Of a stretch of 64,000 bases of DNA, positions 54,695 through 64,000 are shown one piece after another. The DNA is from a bacterium (GTDB lineage Bacteria > T1Sed10-126), in assembly GCA_003554945.1 (NCBI GenBank), contig PWHN01000057.1, forward strand, positions 380 to 64,379. Reading direction: 5' to 3'. The notes beneath the pieces are model-generated. The model was not told the origin of the DNA and did not search any database. It saw only the letters and a list, made by a program, of their open reading frames with translations. How positions within the stretch are numbered: the stretch's first letter is position 1; every line of letters starts with the position of its first letter. The position numbers and the translations under genes are program-made.

Positions 54695-56263
54695 CTAGTC
54701 CCGCGTTTTCATTAGCTTATAATCCACACCATCTGTGAGAGCTTCCCAGCTCGCTTCAATTATATTCTCCGAGACACCGACCGTACTCCATGATTCCTCC
54801 TGGTCGGCCATAGTAATAAGCACCCGTACTTTGGCGGCGGTGCCGGCACGCTCGTCAAGAACCCGCACCTTAAAATCTGTTAAATGGGCTTCCTTCAGTT
54901 CAGGATAAAAAGGGTCAAGCGCCTTACCGAGTGCTTTGTCCAGTGCATTAACAGGACCGACTCCGTCAGCGGCAGTATGCTCTATCTGATCGCCAACTCT
55001 AACTTTAATTGTCGCCTCACAAAGCCGCTGAACATCCTCCTTCTGTTCACTTATAACTCGAAATCCATCAAGACTGAAGTAAACCCTATGCTTCCCCTGC
55101 AGTTCGTTTACCAGGATTTCAAAAGAACCGTCAGCGGCTTCATACTGATAACCTTTATTCTCTAACTCTTTAACCTTTTCGACGATTTTCGTAACTTCGT
55201 CCCTGTCCTCAATGTCAAGGCCCAGCTCTTCGGCTTTCTGCAGGACATTGCTTTTACCGGAGAGCTCACTTACCAGGACCCGGCGGGAATTACCAACCAG
55301 CTCCGGCTGTAGGTGTTCATAAGTCTCGGGGTTGCGCCGAACAGCACTAACGTGAATGCCACCTTTGTGAGCGAAAGCGGAGTCACCAACGTAAGGCTTG
55401 CGGTGATCTGGAGAGATGTTCGCAACCTCGTAAACAAAACGACTGGTCCGGCGCAGATTTTTTAATTTTTCTTTGCCTACCGTTTCATACCCCATTTTAA
55501 AGGTCAGGTTGGGCAAAATTGCAGTCAAATCAGCATTACCACAGCGTTCGCCGAGGCCATTGATAGTGCCGTGAACATGAACGGCACCAGCGCGCACGGC
55601 AGCCAGGGTATTTGCAACTCCACAGGCCGAGTCGTTGTGGGCATGAATACCCAGCGGGGTGTCTACAGCTTCAGCGGTTTTGGCGGTAATTTCATAAATC
55701 TCATGGGGTAAACGGCCGCCGTTAGTTTCACACAAACAGAGGCAGTCGGCACCCGCCTCCGCGGCGACGCGGATGGTTTTTATAGCATACTCGGGATCGT
55801 CGGCGTAGGCATCGAAGTAATGCTCGGCGTCGTAAATGACTTCTCGCCCCGCTTCCTTGACGTGAGAGACGGAACTAAAAATCATGTCCAGGTTTTCCTC
55901 CGGTTCAACCTGCAGTGCATCCTCAACATGCAGCCTCCATGTTTTACCAAAGATAGCAACAGCCGGCGTTTCCGACTCCAACAGCGCCTGAATGTTTGGG
56001 TCTTCAGAGGGTTTATTGTTAGCGTGTCGGGTACTACCGAATGAAGTCAGGGTTGAATTTTTTAGATTCTCCTTTTTCATCTGCGCAAAATATTCCATAT
56101 CCTTCGGATTTGAACCCGGCCAGCCGCCTTCTATATAATCAAGCCCCAACTCGTCAAGATGACGAGTTATGCGCAGTTTATCCTCAAGCGAAAATGAAAT
56201 GTTTTCCGCCTGTGAGCCGTCACGCAGTGTTGTATCGTAAATATCAATTTTCATTATTATCAC
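54695..56263 (-). CDS. cimA: Citramalate synthase / 2-isopropylmalate synthase family enzyme. Its length and the C-terminal LeuA-dimer domain fit CimA.
   Basis: The N-terminal TIM barrel has [10 protein letters not shown]. It also has HAHND and a C-terminal regulatory domain. The protein is 522 aa. Confidence 0.8.
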   Translation of the reverse strand: MIIMKIDIYDTTLRDGSQAENISFSLEDKLRITRHLDELGLDYIEGGWPGSNPKDMEYFAQMKKENLKNSTLTSFGSTRHANNKPSEDPNIQALLESETPAVAIFGKTWRLHVEDALQVEPEENLDMIFSSVSHVKEAGREVIYDAEHYFDAYADDPEYAIKTIRVAAEAGADCLCLCETNGGRLPHEIYEITAKTAEAVDTPLGIHAHNDSACGVANTLAAVRAGAVHVHGTINGLGERCGNADLTAILPNLTFKMGYETVGKEKLKNLRRTSRFVYEVANISPDHRKPYVGDSAFAHKGGIHVSAVRRNPETYEHLQPELVGNSRRVLVSELSGKSNVLQKAEELGLDIEDRDEVTKIVEKVKELENKGYQYEAADGSFEILVNELQGKHRVYFSLDGFRVISEQKEDVQRLCEATIKVRVGDQIEHTAADGVGPVNALDKALGKALDPFYPELKEAHLTDFKVRVLDERAGTAAKVRVLITMADQEESWSTVGVSENIIEASWEALTDGVDYKLMKTRD

Positions 56264-56337
56264 GTCCTACAATTAATAGTAGCTGTTCAACTCTATTCGC
56301 GTCCCCGCCAGATTAAATTACGAACAACGGAAAATAT

Positions 56338-57552
56338 TCACAGTTCATAGACATCGTGCAGGATCTGGACAGCCTCATCGCTCTGCTTTTCACTGACCAG
56401 AACAGAGATTTTTATTTCCGATGTGGAGATAGTCTCGATGTTGATCCCGGCCCCTCCAAGAGCGTTAAAAAGCTTTTGCGCCACCCCGGGGTGGTTACGC
56501 ATACCGGACCCGACAACAGAAACCTTGGAAATGGCGTCATCTGTTGTTAATTCGCTGCCACAACCGGTTTCAACCAGTTCATCCAGGATTTCCAGAGCTT
56601 CAGCCGAGTCAGTGCGCGAGACGGTAAAAGAAATATCGTTGGCACCTTCCTTGTGGACCGGACTGCTCTGAACGATCATGTCCACATTGATATCAGCATC
56701 AGCCAGGGCACCAAATATCTTCCCTGCCATGCCCGGTTTGTCGGGTACATCAAGTACCGTAAATCGTGTCTGATCATCATCGGACGTAACTGCTCTTACC
56801 TCTACATCTTCCATATCTTCATCACTTCCTGTAATAATTGTTCCAATTTGGTCGTTAAAACTTGATCTAACATGTAACTTTACGTTATATTTCCAGGCAA
56901 ATTCAACGGCTCTTACCTGAAGCACCTCAGCACCCAGGCTGGCCAGCTCCAGCATTTCTTCAGGACTGATCCTATCAATTTTATGCGCTCCTTTTACCAC
57001 CTGAGGATTAGCCGTGAAGACACCGTCAACATCCGTATAAATTTCACATTCGTCAGCATCAAGCGCTGCGGCCAATGCAACGGCCGTAGTATCCGAACCC
57101 CCACGGCCAAGTGTTGTCACGTCCTCCTCCTCGGTAATACCCTGAAAACCGGCGGCTATGACTATATTCCCCGCCTCCAGCTCCTGCCTCAGACGCTGGT
57201 CATCAATATTCAAAATACGGGCCTTTGTGTGGGTAAAATCCGTTTTAATACCAAGCTGATGTGCAATCAGGGCTCGAGCGTCCTTGCCTTCGTCGGCGAC
57301 CGCCATGGCTAACAAAGCGCTGCTGATAACTTCACCGGTTGACATCAACAGATCCATCTCACGTTTCGGACGAATGTTGGAGACCTCCTCGGCCAACTCA
57401 ATTAACTCGTCTGTAGTATCTCCAAGCGCCGATACCACGGCGACAACTTGATTGCCCTGATCTGCCGTTTCTACTATCCGGCGGGCAACATTTTTTATTT
57501 TATCAACATCGGCGACCGAACTGCCGCCGTATTTCTGAACGTGTAATTCCAT
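56338..57552 (-). CDS. lysC: Aspartate kinase with C-terminal ACT domains
   Basis: The N-terminus QKYGGSSV is present, followed by the amino-acid kinase fold and two ACT repeats. The protein is 404 aa. Confidence 0.9.
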   Translation of the reverse strand: MELHVQKYGGSSVADVDKIKNVARRIVETADQGNQVVAVVSALGDTTDELIELAEEVSNIRPKREMDLLMSTGEVISSALLAMAVADEGKDARALIAHQLGIKTDFTHTKARILNIDDQRLRQELEAGNIVIAAGFQGITEEEDVTTLGRGGSDTTAVALAAALDADECEIYTDVDGVFTANPQVVKGAHKIDRISPEEMLELASLGAEVLQVRAVEFAWKYNVKLHVRSSFNDQIGTIITGSDEDMEDVEVRAVTSDDDQTRFTVLDVPDKPGMAGKIFGALADADINVDMIVQSSPVHKEGANDISFTVSRTDSAEALEILDELVETGCGSELTTDDAISKVSVVGSGMRNHPGVAQKLFNALGGAGINIETISTSEIKISVLVSEKQSDEAVQILHDVYEL

Positions 57553-57609
57553 TTTACATACTCCTTAAATTGATTTGTCAAAATCATACCACAGCCAAAA
57601 CCTTCCGGT

Positions 57610-57700
57610 GTCATTCCTCCTCCCCTTTTTGAAAGGGGAAAGACAACGGGGACCATAAAAAATGGATTGCGGGGCGGGGCCCGCAATAACGAACTCGTTG
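57610..57700. repeat. Copy D of the modular repeat family. It holds H3 (CCCCTTTTTGAAAGGGGAAAGACAACGGGG) and the H2 hairpin ATTGCGGGGCGGGGCCCGCAAT at 57665..57686.
   Basis: Read directly. Track ORFs 57495..57716 and 57565..57771 are probably artefacts. Confidence 0.75.
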
Positions 57701-57782
57701 GAAGATTCCGTGCCACAACAAGCCATTACAGGCGGCTCTGTTGAAATCCTTACTGGAGTCAGGCTACTCAAAGGTGTTGGGG

Positions 57783-57872
57783 CTCATTCTTCCGAGCACT
57801 CAATTTAAAGCGTAAGAAGTAATAGATGTCAAAATTTGCTTTCATATGTTTTATTGAGTGCTCGGTCCGAGG
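57783..57872. mobile_element. Short MITE-like element of about 90 bp with terminal inverted repeats CCGAGCACTCAAT / ATTGAGTGCTCGG. It is a deletion derivative of the about 360-bp element at 63331..63690.
   Basis: The left end CTCATTCTTCCGAGCACTCAAT and the right end ATTGAGTGCTCGGTCC match the ends of the longer copy (CTCATTTTCTCGAGCACTCAAT / ATTGAGTGTTCGGTCC). Confidence 0.65.
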
Positions 57873-58046
57873 TATATCTGGCAAAAATCAGATCATCCAG
57901 GATCTATTGCCAGCTATAAATCCGTCAAACACCTTCGAGTAGCCTAATTAAAGTTTATAGATATTTAAATCAATTGCTCTCTAAGATAGCAAAAAGGATT
58001 TCAACAGAGCCTTATAGCCGCTTGCCAGTAATTATGTCATATCTGT

Positions 58047-59237
58047 TTAAAATTCTCCGTTTTCTTTATACCAGTGGGCCAACCTGTTCCAGGCGCGAGG
58101 AGCAAAAGGAGCTTCTCGTGAGCCCGACTCAGTACAAGTATATTTATTTTTGCCCCCGTCCAGGACTAAAAATGGAACCGGTTCTTTGACGTGAGTCCGC
58201 TCCTGTATTGGCGTGTAGTGATCAGGCCCCAGGGCCAGATGAAACTTATTTTTTTGCCAGCGCTTATAAACCACTGAAAGGATTTCACTGTCAAATTTTT
58301 CAATCATCTCCAGTTTTAAACGAGCATCACCGTCATGACCGGCTTCGTCCGGCGCCTCCAGGTGAAGGAAAACCAGACGTCCGGGTTCCAATTCAGCTAT
58401 TGCTGCGTCAGCTTTAGCTCTCATATCAGTATCAAATCCACCGGTGGCTCCAGGAACATCAATTTTCTCCATTCCCAGTGCTTGACCCAGTCCATTAATC
58501 AAATCAACACCGGCAATAACGCTTCCCTGAATTCCATAACGTTCTTTCAGTCCCGGCAACCCGGACAAACGACCCGGTCCCCAGGGCCAGATCATGTTGG
58601 CAGTCGGCTCGCCGGTCTTCAGAAGAGCCCTATTTTCAGGCTGCTCGCGCAGAAAATCTTGACTGGCCCACATCAACCGAGTCAAACGTTCTGCCGCTTC
58701 ACCGCGGGGTAAAAGCTCCTGCACCGGACGCCCCATTTCATCGTGAGGACGTGAACAATCTAATTCCCCTACTTCGCGAACCAACAAAATACCACGGTAA
58801 CCAACACCGTGATGAAAGGTATATTTTTCGCCGCCAAACTCTTCCTGCAGAGCTGAAAACAGAGCCGCTCCCACTTCTCCCGGCAGGCCACCAGCGGAAT
58901 AATCTATCAGACGATCGTTATTATCAACCGTCACTAGGTTACAGCGATACGCAACTTGATCGTCATCAAGCTCAAGCCCTAAGTTTAAAGCTTCCAGTGC
59001 TCCCCGCCCGAGATAATACTTTCGAGGATCGTAACCCAGCAAAGCCATGTTAGCCACACCGGAATCGGCCGGGCTTTCCGGCGGAATGTTCTGAATCCGG
59101 AAAGTTCGACCTGCTTCACAGAGCCGCTCGAGATTGGGAGTTGACGCCGCCTCCAGGGGAGTTTGTCCGTCCAACTCCTCCTGAGGCCAGTCCGCCATGC
59201 CGTCAGGAACAACCAGCAAATAACTTGCGTCGTTCAC
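58047..59237 (-). CDS. apgM: Cofactor-independent phosphoglycerate mutase, archaeal type
   Basis: The N-terminus LLVVPDGMAD is typical of the ApgM/PhnP-like alkaline-phosphatase-superfamily PGM. The protein is 396 aa. Confidence 0.75.
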   Translation of the reverse strand: MNDASYLLVVPDGMADWPQEELDGQTPLEAASTPNLERLCEAGRTFRIQNIPPESPADSGVANMALLGYDPRKYYLGRGALEALNLGLELDDDQVAYRCNLVTVDNNDRLIDYSAGGLPGEVGAALFSALQEEFGGEKYTFHHGVGYRGILLVREVGELDCSRPHDEMGRPVQELLPRGEAAERLTRLMWASQDFLREQPENRALLKTGEPTANMIWPWGPGRLSGLPGLKERYGIQGSVIAGVDLINGLGQALGMEKIDVPGATGGFDTDMRAKADAAIAELEPGRLVFLHLEAPDEAGHDGDARLKLEMIEKFDSEILSVVYKRWQKNKFHLALGPDHYTPIQERTHVKEPVPFLVLDGGKNKYTCTESGSREAPFAPRAWNRLAHWYKENGEF

Positions 59238-60532
59238 TCCGACTCGAAATCCTCTTCTATGCGCAATAGCTTCGGCTTGCGGCCAATAACATCCAGTTGT
59301 GAAATTTTGTCGACAGCGTCCTGAATTGACCCCTCCCGAGCCCTGTGCGTGGTCAAGACAACGGGAACAAGCTCTCCGGCTGAGCGACCGCGCTGAAGCA
59401 CAGTCTCTATACTGATTCGATGTTCCCCCAGAATTTTTGTTACTTTAGCCAGCACGCCGGGTTTATCAGTCGCATTCAGGCGAAGATAATAACGCGTCGA
59501 AAGCTCAGACGTAGAAACCAACCCCTCAGAGCTGTCGGAGTAATAAATCGACGGCTGTGAGTTGGGTTCCACTGTCGCCAGTGAGACAATATCCGAGACC
59601 ACAGCGCCTGCCGTCGACGGCCCCCCGGCTCCTTTCCCATAGAGCATTGAGGACCCCGTGGGATCGCTCTGAATGTAGACGGCGTTGTATTCGCAGTTGA
59701 CCGCCGCCAGAGCGGAGGAATCAGGGATTAAAGTTGGATGAACGCGAACATCAACTTTTTCTCCAATTTTTTTGGCAATACCCAGCAGCTTAATGCTGTA
59801 ATTCAATCTCTCAGCGTCCTCTATGATACTGGGCGTGATTAAATTTATTCCTTCCGTATGAACCTCTTCAACCGGGACGGGCATGCCAAAAGCAAGCTCA
59901 GCGAGTATCGTCATCTTATGGGCACTGTCCCGCCCTTCTACGTCGGCGGAGGGGTCAGCCTCAGCATACCCCTTATCCTGTGCCTCTTTTAGCGCTTCCC
60001 CGAAGGATAATCCCCGGCGGGCCATACTGGTGAGCATATAGTTGGTAGTGCCATTAATGATGCCATATATACACTCAAAATCAGCACCAACCATTGCCTC
60101 ACGAACAGTGCGTATTATAGGAATACTTCCGCCCACTGCAGCCTCAAAACGTATCTGCGCAGAACTTCGAGAGGCATGTCCAAAAATTTTCTGGCCGTGA
60201 TGTGCCAACAACTCTTTGTTGGCGGTAACAACATTAATTCCCCGGCCAAGTGCACTTTTTATCAAGTCCCCCGCCGGATTGATACCACCAATCAGCTCAA
60301 CAAAGACATCCAGTTCAGTATTGTCGAGCATTTCCTCGGCATTAGTGAATATTTCACGATCAGTAAGAAGTTTCTCCGCTCCCGATGGTAAGTCGGGGTC
60401 AGCCGCTGCAACCAGACGCACCTCAACACCGGTTCTCCGGGCAAGTTTTTCCTCTTTGTCAATCAGTTGCCGGGCCGTGCTAAAACCAACTGTTCCCAGA
60501 CCGGCGATTCCAACCTTTATCTGTCCTGTCAT
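59234..60532 (-). CDS. hom: Homoserine dehydrogenase with a C-terminal ACT domain
   Basis: The NAD-binding N-terminus VGIAGLGTVG, the catalytic domain and the ACT are present. The protein is 432 aa. Confidence 0.9.
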   Translation of the reverse strand: MTGQIKVGIAGLGTVGFSTARQLIDKEEKLARRTGVEVRLVAAADPDLPSGAEKLLTDREIFTNAEEMLDNTELDVFVELIGGINPAGDLIKSALGRGINVVTANKELLAHHGQKIFGHASRSSAQIRFEAAVGGSIPIIRTVREAMVGADFECIYGIINGTTNYMLTSMARRGLSFGEALKEAQDKGYAEADPSADVEGRDSAHKMTILAELAFGMPVPVEEVHTEGINLITPSIIEDAERLNYSIKLLGIAKKIGEKVDVRVHPTLIPDSSALAAVNCEYNAVYIQSDPTGSSMLYGKGAGGPSTAGAVVSDIVSLATVEPNSQPSIYYSDSSEGLVSTSELSTRYYLRLNATDKPGVLAKVTKILGEHRISIETVLQRGRSAGELVPVVLTTHRAREGSIQDAVDKISQLDVIGRKPKLLRIEEDFESE

Positions 60533-60573
60533 ACTATCAAACTCTTTCGTCAGTATAAATTCGGTACAAAAAA

Positions 60574-61482
60574 TTACAAGTCAAAATGAGTTAGTCGAAC
60601 AAATCTCTGGTAGCGTTCGTCAATATCCCATTCTTCCAGCTCCAGCAGCCGGCGGACACCAAACTCCTGGACAGTAAAGGAAGCAACAATATTGCCGTGA
60701 ACCAGGGCATGTTTGAGCGCGGTAAAGTCATCGCTTTCAGTCCCGGCCAGATAACCCATAAATCCTCCGCCAAAGCTATCACCAGCTCCAGTCGGGTCTT
60801 GAACCAGACCGACAGGAAAACCGGGAAGAACAAACTGCCAGTCGTGACCAACCATAAATACACCATGTTCCCCTTTTTTGATTATAACTATCGACGGGCC
60901 TCGTTGACGCAATTTTTGGGCAGCTGTAATCAAATTAGCTTCTCCGGTCATCATTTCCGCCTCAGACGAGTTGAGGAAAAAAATATCAATCTGTTCCAGA
61001 ACTCGATTGAGCGCTTCCGGTTTGCTGTCAATCCAAAAATTCATGGTGTCACAGGCAGTTACCCGGGTATTATCCATTTGTTCAAGAACAGAGAGTTGGA
61101 TTTCAGGATCAATATTTCCCAGAAAAACGTAAGGAGTCTCACAATATTCCGGGGGCAAATCCGGATCAAAATCTGCAAAGACGTTCAATTCCGTCTTTTC
61201 GGTTTGCGCCTCAAGATCAGATTCATAATATCCTTTCCAGCGGAAAGTTTTCTCATCCTCAATTACTTTAAGTCCTTCAAGATCGATACCGGACGCTTCC
61301 ATCGAGGATAGCAACCCGCTATCAAAATCACCACCCACAACTCCAACAAGGTTAACATCGGCAAAACGACTGGCAGCCAGGCTAAAATAGGTGGCGGCAC
61401 CACCAGGTTCCTCTTCAACTTCGCCGTGCGGCGTGCGGATTGAATCAAATGCAAGAGAACCGACAACAAGAACATCAGACAT
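60574..61482 (-). CDS. PfkB-family carbohydrate/nucleoside kinase
   Basis: PfkB signature 2 (DPTGAGDSFGGGFMGYL) and the N-terminal GG motif are present. Confidence 0.8.
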   Translation of the reverse strand: MSDVLVVGSLAFDSIRTPHGEVEEEPGGAATYFSLAASRFADVNLVGVVGGDFDSGLLSSMEASGIDLEGLKVIEDEKTFRWKGYYESDLEAQTEKTELNVFADFDPDLPPEYCETPYVFLGNIDPEIQLSVLEQMDNTRVTACDTMNFWIDSKPEALNRVLEQIDIFFLNSSEAEMMTGEANLITAAQKLRQRGPSIVIIKKGEHGVFMVGHDWQFVLPGFPVGLVQDPTGAGDSFGGGFMGYLAGTESDDFTALKHALVHGNIVASFTVQEFGVRRLLELEEWDIDERYQRFVRLTHFDL

Positions 61483-61625
61483 ATTTCAACAACTCCATTT
61501 TGTAAGTATTTGATGTAACAAAATTAGTTGGACTGGCGTAAATAATTTGAATAAAGAGTAAGCTCTGGCGGGAGGGACAGGTCCACGGTAAAAAAATGTG
61601 GATGTCCGAAGCAACTATTTTTTTA

Positions 61626-62357
61626 TTAGTTCTCCACAGTACTTATCCAGTAGCTATCAATTTCGCCATCTTCTACCATTTCTTCAGCAAAATTTTCCGC
61701 CTGAGAACGAGTCGGAAATTCACCGACACGAACCCGATACCAGTCAGCATCTTCAATAGTTGTTTCTTCGATTACAGCCGGATAACCTGCTGCCTCGAGC
61801 CGCTCGCGTTCGTTTTCTGCCGACTCCCTGTTTTCACTGGAAGCGACCTGAATCGTATGAAATTCACCCGCGATTTCAGGTTCTTCGGGTTCCTCAGGCT
61901 CTTCGGGTTCATCAATCTCCGGCGGTGTATCAGGTTCCTCTGGTTCTTCCGGTTCAGCATCTTCTTCCATAACAAGTCCCGGTTCCATCTCCCTTTCAAC
62001 CGGGTCAACCTCTTCCGGCGGCGTCTCTTCATCAACCAGAATCGCCGGCTCATCTTCCAAAAAGTCTATATCTTCGTCTGGAATCTCCGGCTCTGCTTCA
62101 AACTCCGGTTCTTCCAGATCAAAGTCCTCCATATCAATCTCTTCTTCTTCAAGCAGAGCGGCAAGATCCTCTCCAGGCAGCTCCGGTCGTTCTTCCGCTG
62201 TTAACTCCTGCCCCTCTTCAACCCCCCAATTGTAACCAAGATAAAATCCGGCTCCAAAAAATACCACCAGGAAAATTGCGACACCGGTTAAAGCCCACCC
62301 CAGTGCCGTGGAACTCAGCGTCCAGGCTTCGCTCTCTCGACGACTATATTTAGGCAC
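61626..62357 (-). CDS. SPOR-domain protein with an N-terminal transmembrane anchor and a highly acidic Glu/Pro-rich repetitive linker
   Basis: The C-terminal SPOR fold is FHTIQVASSENRESAENERERLEAAGYPAVIEETTIEDADWYRVRVGEF. The linker carries EEPEEP repeats. Confidence 0.75.
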   Translation of the reverse strand: MPKYSRRESEAWTLSSTALGWALTGVAIFLVVFFGAGFYLGYNWGVEEGQELTAEERPELPGEDLAALLEEEEIDMEDFDLEEPEFEAEPEIPDEDIDFLEDEPAILVDEETPPEEVDPVEREMEPGLVMEEDAEPEEPEEPDTPPEIDEPEEPEEPEEPEIAGEFHTIQVASSENRESAENERERLEAAGYPAVIEETTIEDADWYRVRVGEFPTRSQAENFAEEMVEDGEIDSYWISTVEN

Positions 62358-62359
62358 AG

Positions 62360-63256
62360 CTAATCACTCCTTTCAGAATCTATAACTAATTTAATCAATT
62401 CTTCCGCTTTGTCAATATTTTTCTCCATTTTACCGAGAAGCATTTCAATATCTTCTTCGTCTATATCAAGAACGCGCCAGACCTCTTCTTGAAAGTCCGG
62501 CGCCTTGTTATCCCCGGACCAACCGACGTCTTTCACCCGTGCCATTACGTCACCCACGTGGATGAAGAGGGGTAACTGTCGGTATTCTTCAGGTGCTTTC
62601 ATAGGCGAACGATAATACCGTATCCCATTAACTATATTTTCGGGTAAATTCCATGTTTTCGTTAACCATGCCCCTATTTCCGGGTGACCGGTTCCAAGGG
62701 TTTCCAGCTCTGCCTCATACATTGAACACTGATTTTCTTCAGCATATGAGAGAATTTGTCTTAACTCTCCGGGAGCAGCGAGATCAAGAAGCATCTTACC
62801 TATATTATGAAGAATCCCTGAGACTAACACCTCCTCCGGGTTGGGGTAGCGATCCCAGCGAGCAACAAGTTCAGCACCAATACCGGTGGCAATGGAATGT
62901 TTCCAGAGCCCGACCATATCAAATCCAGGAACGCTCTTTGAGCTAAATACATCAAGCACAGAGGCACTGAGAGCAAGACTTTTTATGGCATCAAACCCAA
63001 GTATAACGACCGCTTCGGTTACAGTCGATATTTCTCTCGAAAAACCATAAAATGCACTGTTTACAATTTTCAAAACTTTCGCAGTCAACGACGGATCCTG
63101 TGTAATTATCCGGTTAACATCCTTGGCGGTGGTCTCGGGGTCCTCTACCAGACCAACCAACTGGGTAACAACCTCAGGCAGTGTTGGCAAGTTACTTACA
63201 TTGCCAAACAATTCCTGGAATTTTTCGTCGCTAAACTGCTGCTCATTATCAGTCAA
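62360..63256 (-). CDS. HDOD-domain protein (HD-related output domain signalling protein)
   Basis: The HDOD core has LPTLPEVVTQLVGLVEDPETTAKDVNRIITQDPSLTAKVLKIVNSAFYG. An HD-like motif HNIGKMLL is present. Confidence 0.75.
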   Translation of the reverse strand: MTDNEQQFSDEKFQELFGNVSNLPTLPEVVTQLVGLVEDPETTAKDVNRIITQDPSLTAKVLKIVNSAFYGFSREISTVTEAVVILGFDAIKSLALSASVLDVFSSKSVPGFDMVGLWKHSIATGIGAELVARWDRYPNPEEVLVSGILHNIGKMLLDLAAPGELRQILSYAEENQCSMYEAELETLGTGHPEIGAWLTKTWNLPENIVNGIRYYRSPMKAPEEYRQLPLFIHVGDVMARVKDVGWSGDNKAPDFQEEVWRVLDIDEEDIEMLLGKMEKNIDKAEELIKLVIDSERSD

Positions 63257-63330
63257 TTCAGTTCATCACCTTAATCCGAATTATTTACGGCACTAAAGTT
63301 TTGCAAGCAAGATAATCTATATCTTATTTT

Positions 63331-63690
63331 CTCATTTTCTCGAGCACTCAATCGAGCATACAAGGAAAAACCGTTACCAAATAGTGAAGATGTCTCTTTG
63401 GCCTCATACAGGGAGCTACCTGCAGGTGTTTTTCGGGATTATAGCCGGTTGCAGGCCACGATGGCCTGGTTTGCAACCGGCTATACCTCGGAGGTTGCCT
63501 GGACCATTTAGCAATGGAGGCTTTTTCCTGCCACGATATCTATGGAACTGTAACCTCCTGTACTCATAAAAATGTGCAAAGTAAACACACGTCCCGATAG
63601 GGACCGAGAATGAGAAAAACATTTGCAGGTGGCTCCTAAATAGCGTAAATTTACTCCTCATCACACTCTCGATTGAGTGTTCGGTCCCCA
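63331..63690. mobile_element. MITE-like non-autonomous element of about 360 bp. Its terminal inverted repeats are CTCATTTTCTCGAGCACTCAAT ... ATTGAGTGTTCGGTCC. It has internal palindromes (CCGGTTGCAGGCC..GGCCTGGTTTGCAACCGG and GTCCCGATAGGGAC) and no transposase.
   Basis: The terminal inverted repeats were read directly. A short derivative lies at 57783..57872. Track ORFs 63384..63569 and 63416..63757 are probably artefacts of the element. Confidence 0.65.
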
Positions 63691-63753
63691 AAACGGAGAA
63701 ACCGTAAAACTTTAGTAGCAGCAATACAAATGCTGTAAATGTTTCAGTATAAC

Positions 63754-64000
63754 TCAACGGGGCTCTGCTGCTTCAAAAAGCTCTCCACCGGGCTGCAGTT
63801 TATGAGCAACTTCCTCAGCTTTTAGCTGAAGGTGATCTAAACTACCGCTGTTATCCACAATCTCGTCAGCACGTTCACATTTTTCCTCAGCGGATAGCTG
63901 CCGACGGCGCCGCCTGTCAAGTTCAGCTTCAGGAATACGAACGCGCCTGTTCACAACTTCTTCAGAAGCTGTCACACAGACTATCCAGTGACAGAGCCTG
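63754..64000 (-). CDS. coaE: Dephospho-CoA kinase, C-terminal part. The gene continues beyond the window edge, and the track's M at 63975 is a GTG internal to the gene.
   Basis: The C-terminal pattern R..IPEAELDRRRRRQLSAEEKCERADEIVDNSGSLDHL matches the CoaE C-terminus (Q.S.EEK...AD.VIDN.GSLE.L). The reading frame stays open to position 64000. Confidence 0.6.
   Translation of the reverse strand, partial: RLCHWIVCVTASEEVVNRRVRIPEAELDRRRRRQLSAEEKCERADEIVDNSGSLDHLQLKAEEVAHKLQPGGELFEAAEPR

Noticed and set aside
57553-57780. Possible lysine riboswitch (L-box) or other leader upstream of lysC.
   Set aside because: The region is mostly occupied by repeat copy D and the MITE. I could not recognise L-box conserved helices or the characteristic loop motifs. 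This could only be settled with an Rfam covariance search.

Overview
This 64-kb window looks like chromosomal DNA from a bacterium with roughly 50% GC; the taxon is unknown. Gene content (GxxExxY, SPOR and HDOD proteins, archaeal-type phosphoglycerate mutase, sodium-pumping decarboxylase) is compatible with an uncultivated FCB-group or candidate-phylum lineage, but that cannot be settled from sequence alone. Coding density is high. Most of the window is housekeeping: the 3' end of xerD, a DUF368 membrane protein, pcm, rpsA, plsC, cmk, tyrA-hisC-pheA, scpAB, a DHH-CBS-CCA fusion enzyme, malic enzyme, class I fumarase alpha/beta, a methylmalonyl-CoA-decarboxylase-type sodium pump operon, hflX, miaA, trxB, cspA, valS, cimA, lysC, apgM, hom and a partial coaE. 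The stretch that stands out is a same-strand block of about 14.4 kb at 17031..31430. It carries a nitrilase-superfamily hydrolase, a stand-alone MdcA/CitF-like protein, a three-subunit molybdenum hydroxylase, a DUF2877-like protein, FdrA, DUF1116 and a cyclase-family hydrolase. I read this as a candidate undescribed N-heterocycle or ureide catabolic module. The block has been invaded by a tyrosine recombinase gene, a degraded GxxExxY gene and a modular family of hairpin-rich miniature repeats, which also occur elsewhere in the window. Two of its genes carry remarkable 5' leaders built from about 23 and about 7.5 tandem octamers of the form ACTTTNNN that run straight into the Shine-Dalgarno sequence. 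Other points of note are a second MITE-like element family with GAGCACTCAAT terminal inverted repeats, a pcm gene interrupted by an in-frame TAA at a conserved Tyr position, a domain-permuted RnfC/NqrA-like protein at the end of the sodium-pump decarboxylase operon, two sulfotransferase-family genes, and several strong intrinsic terminators. I found no rRNA, tRNA or CRISPR array.
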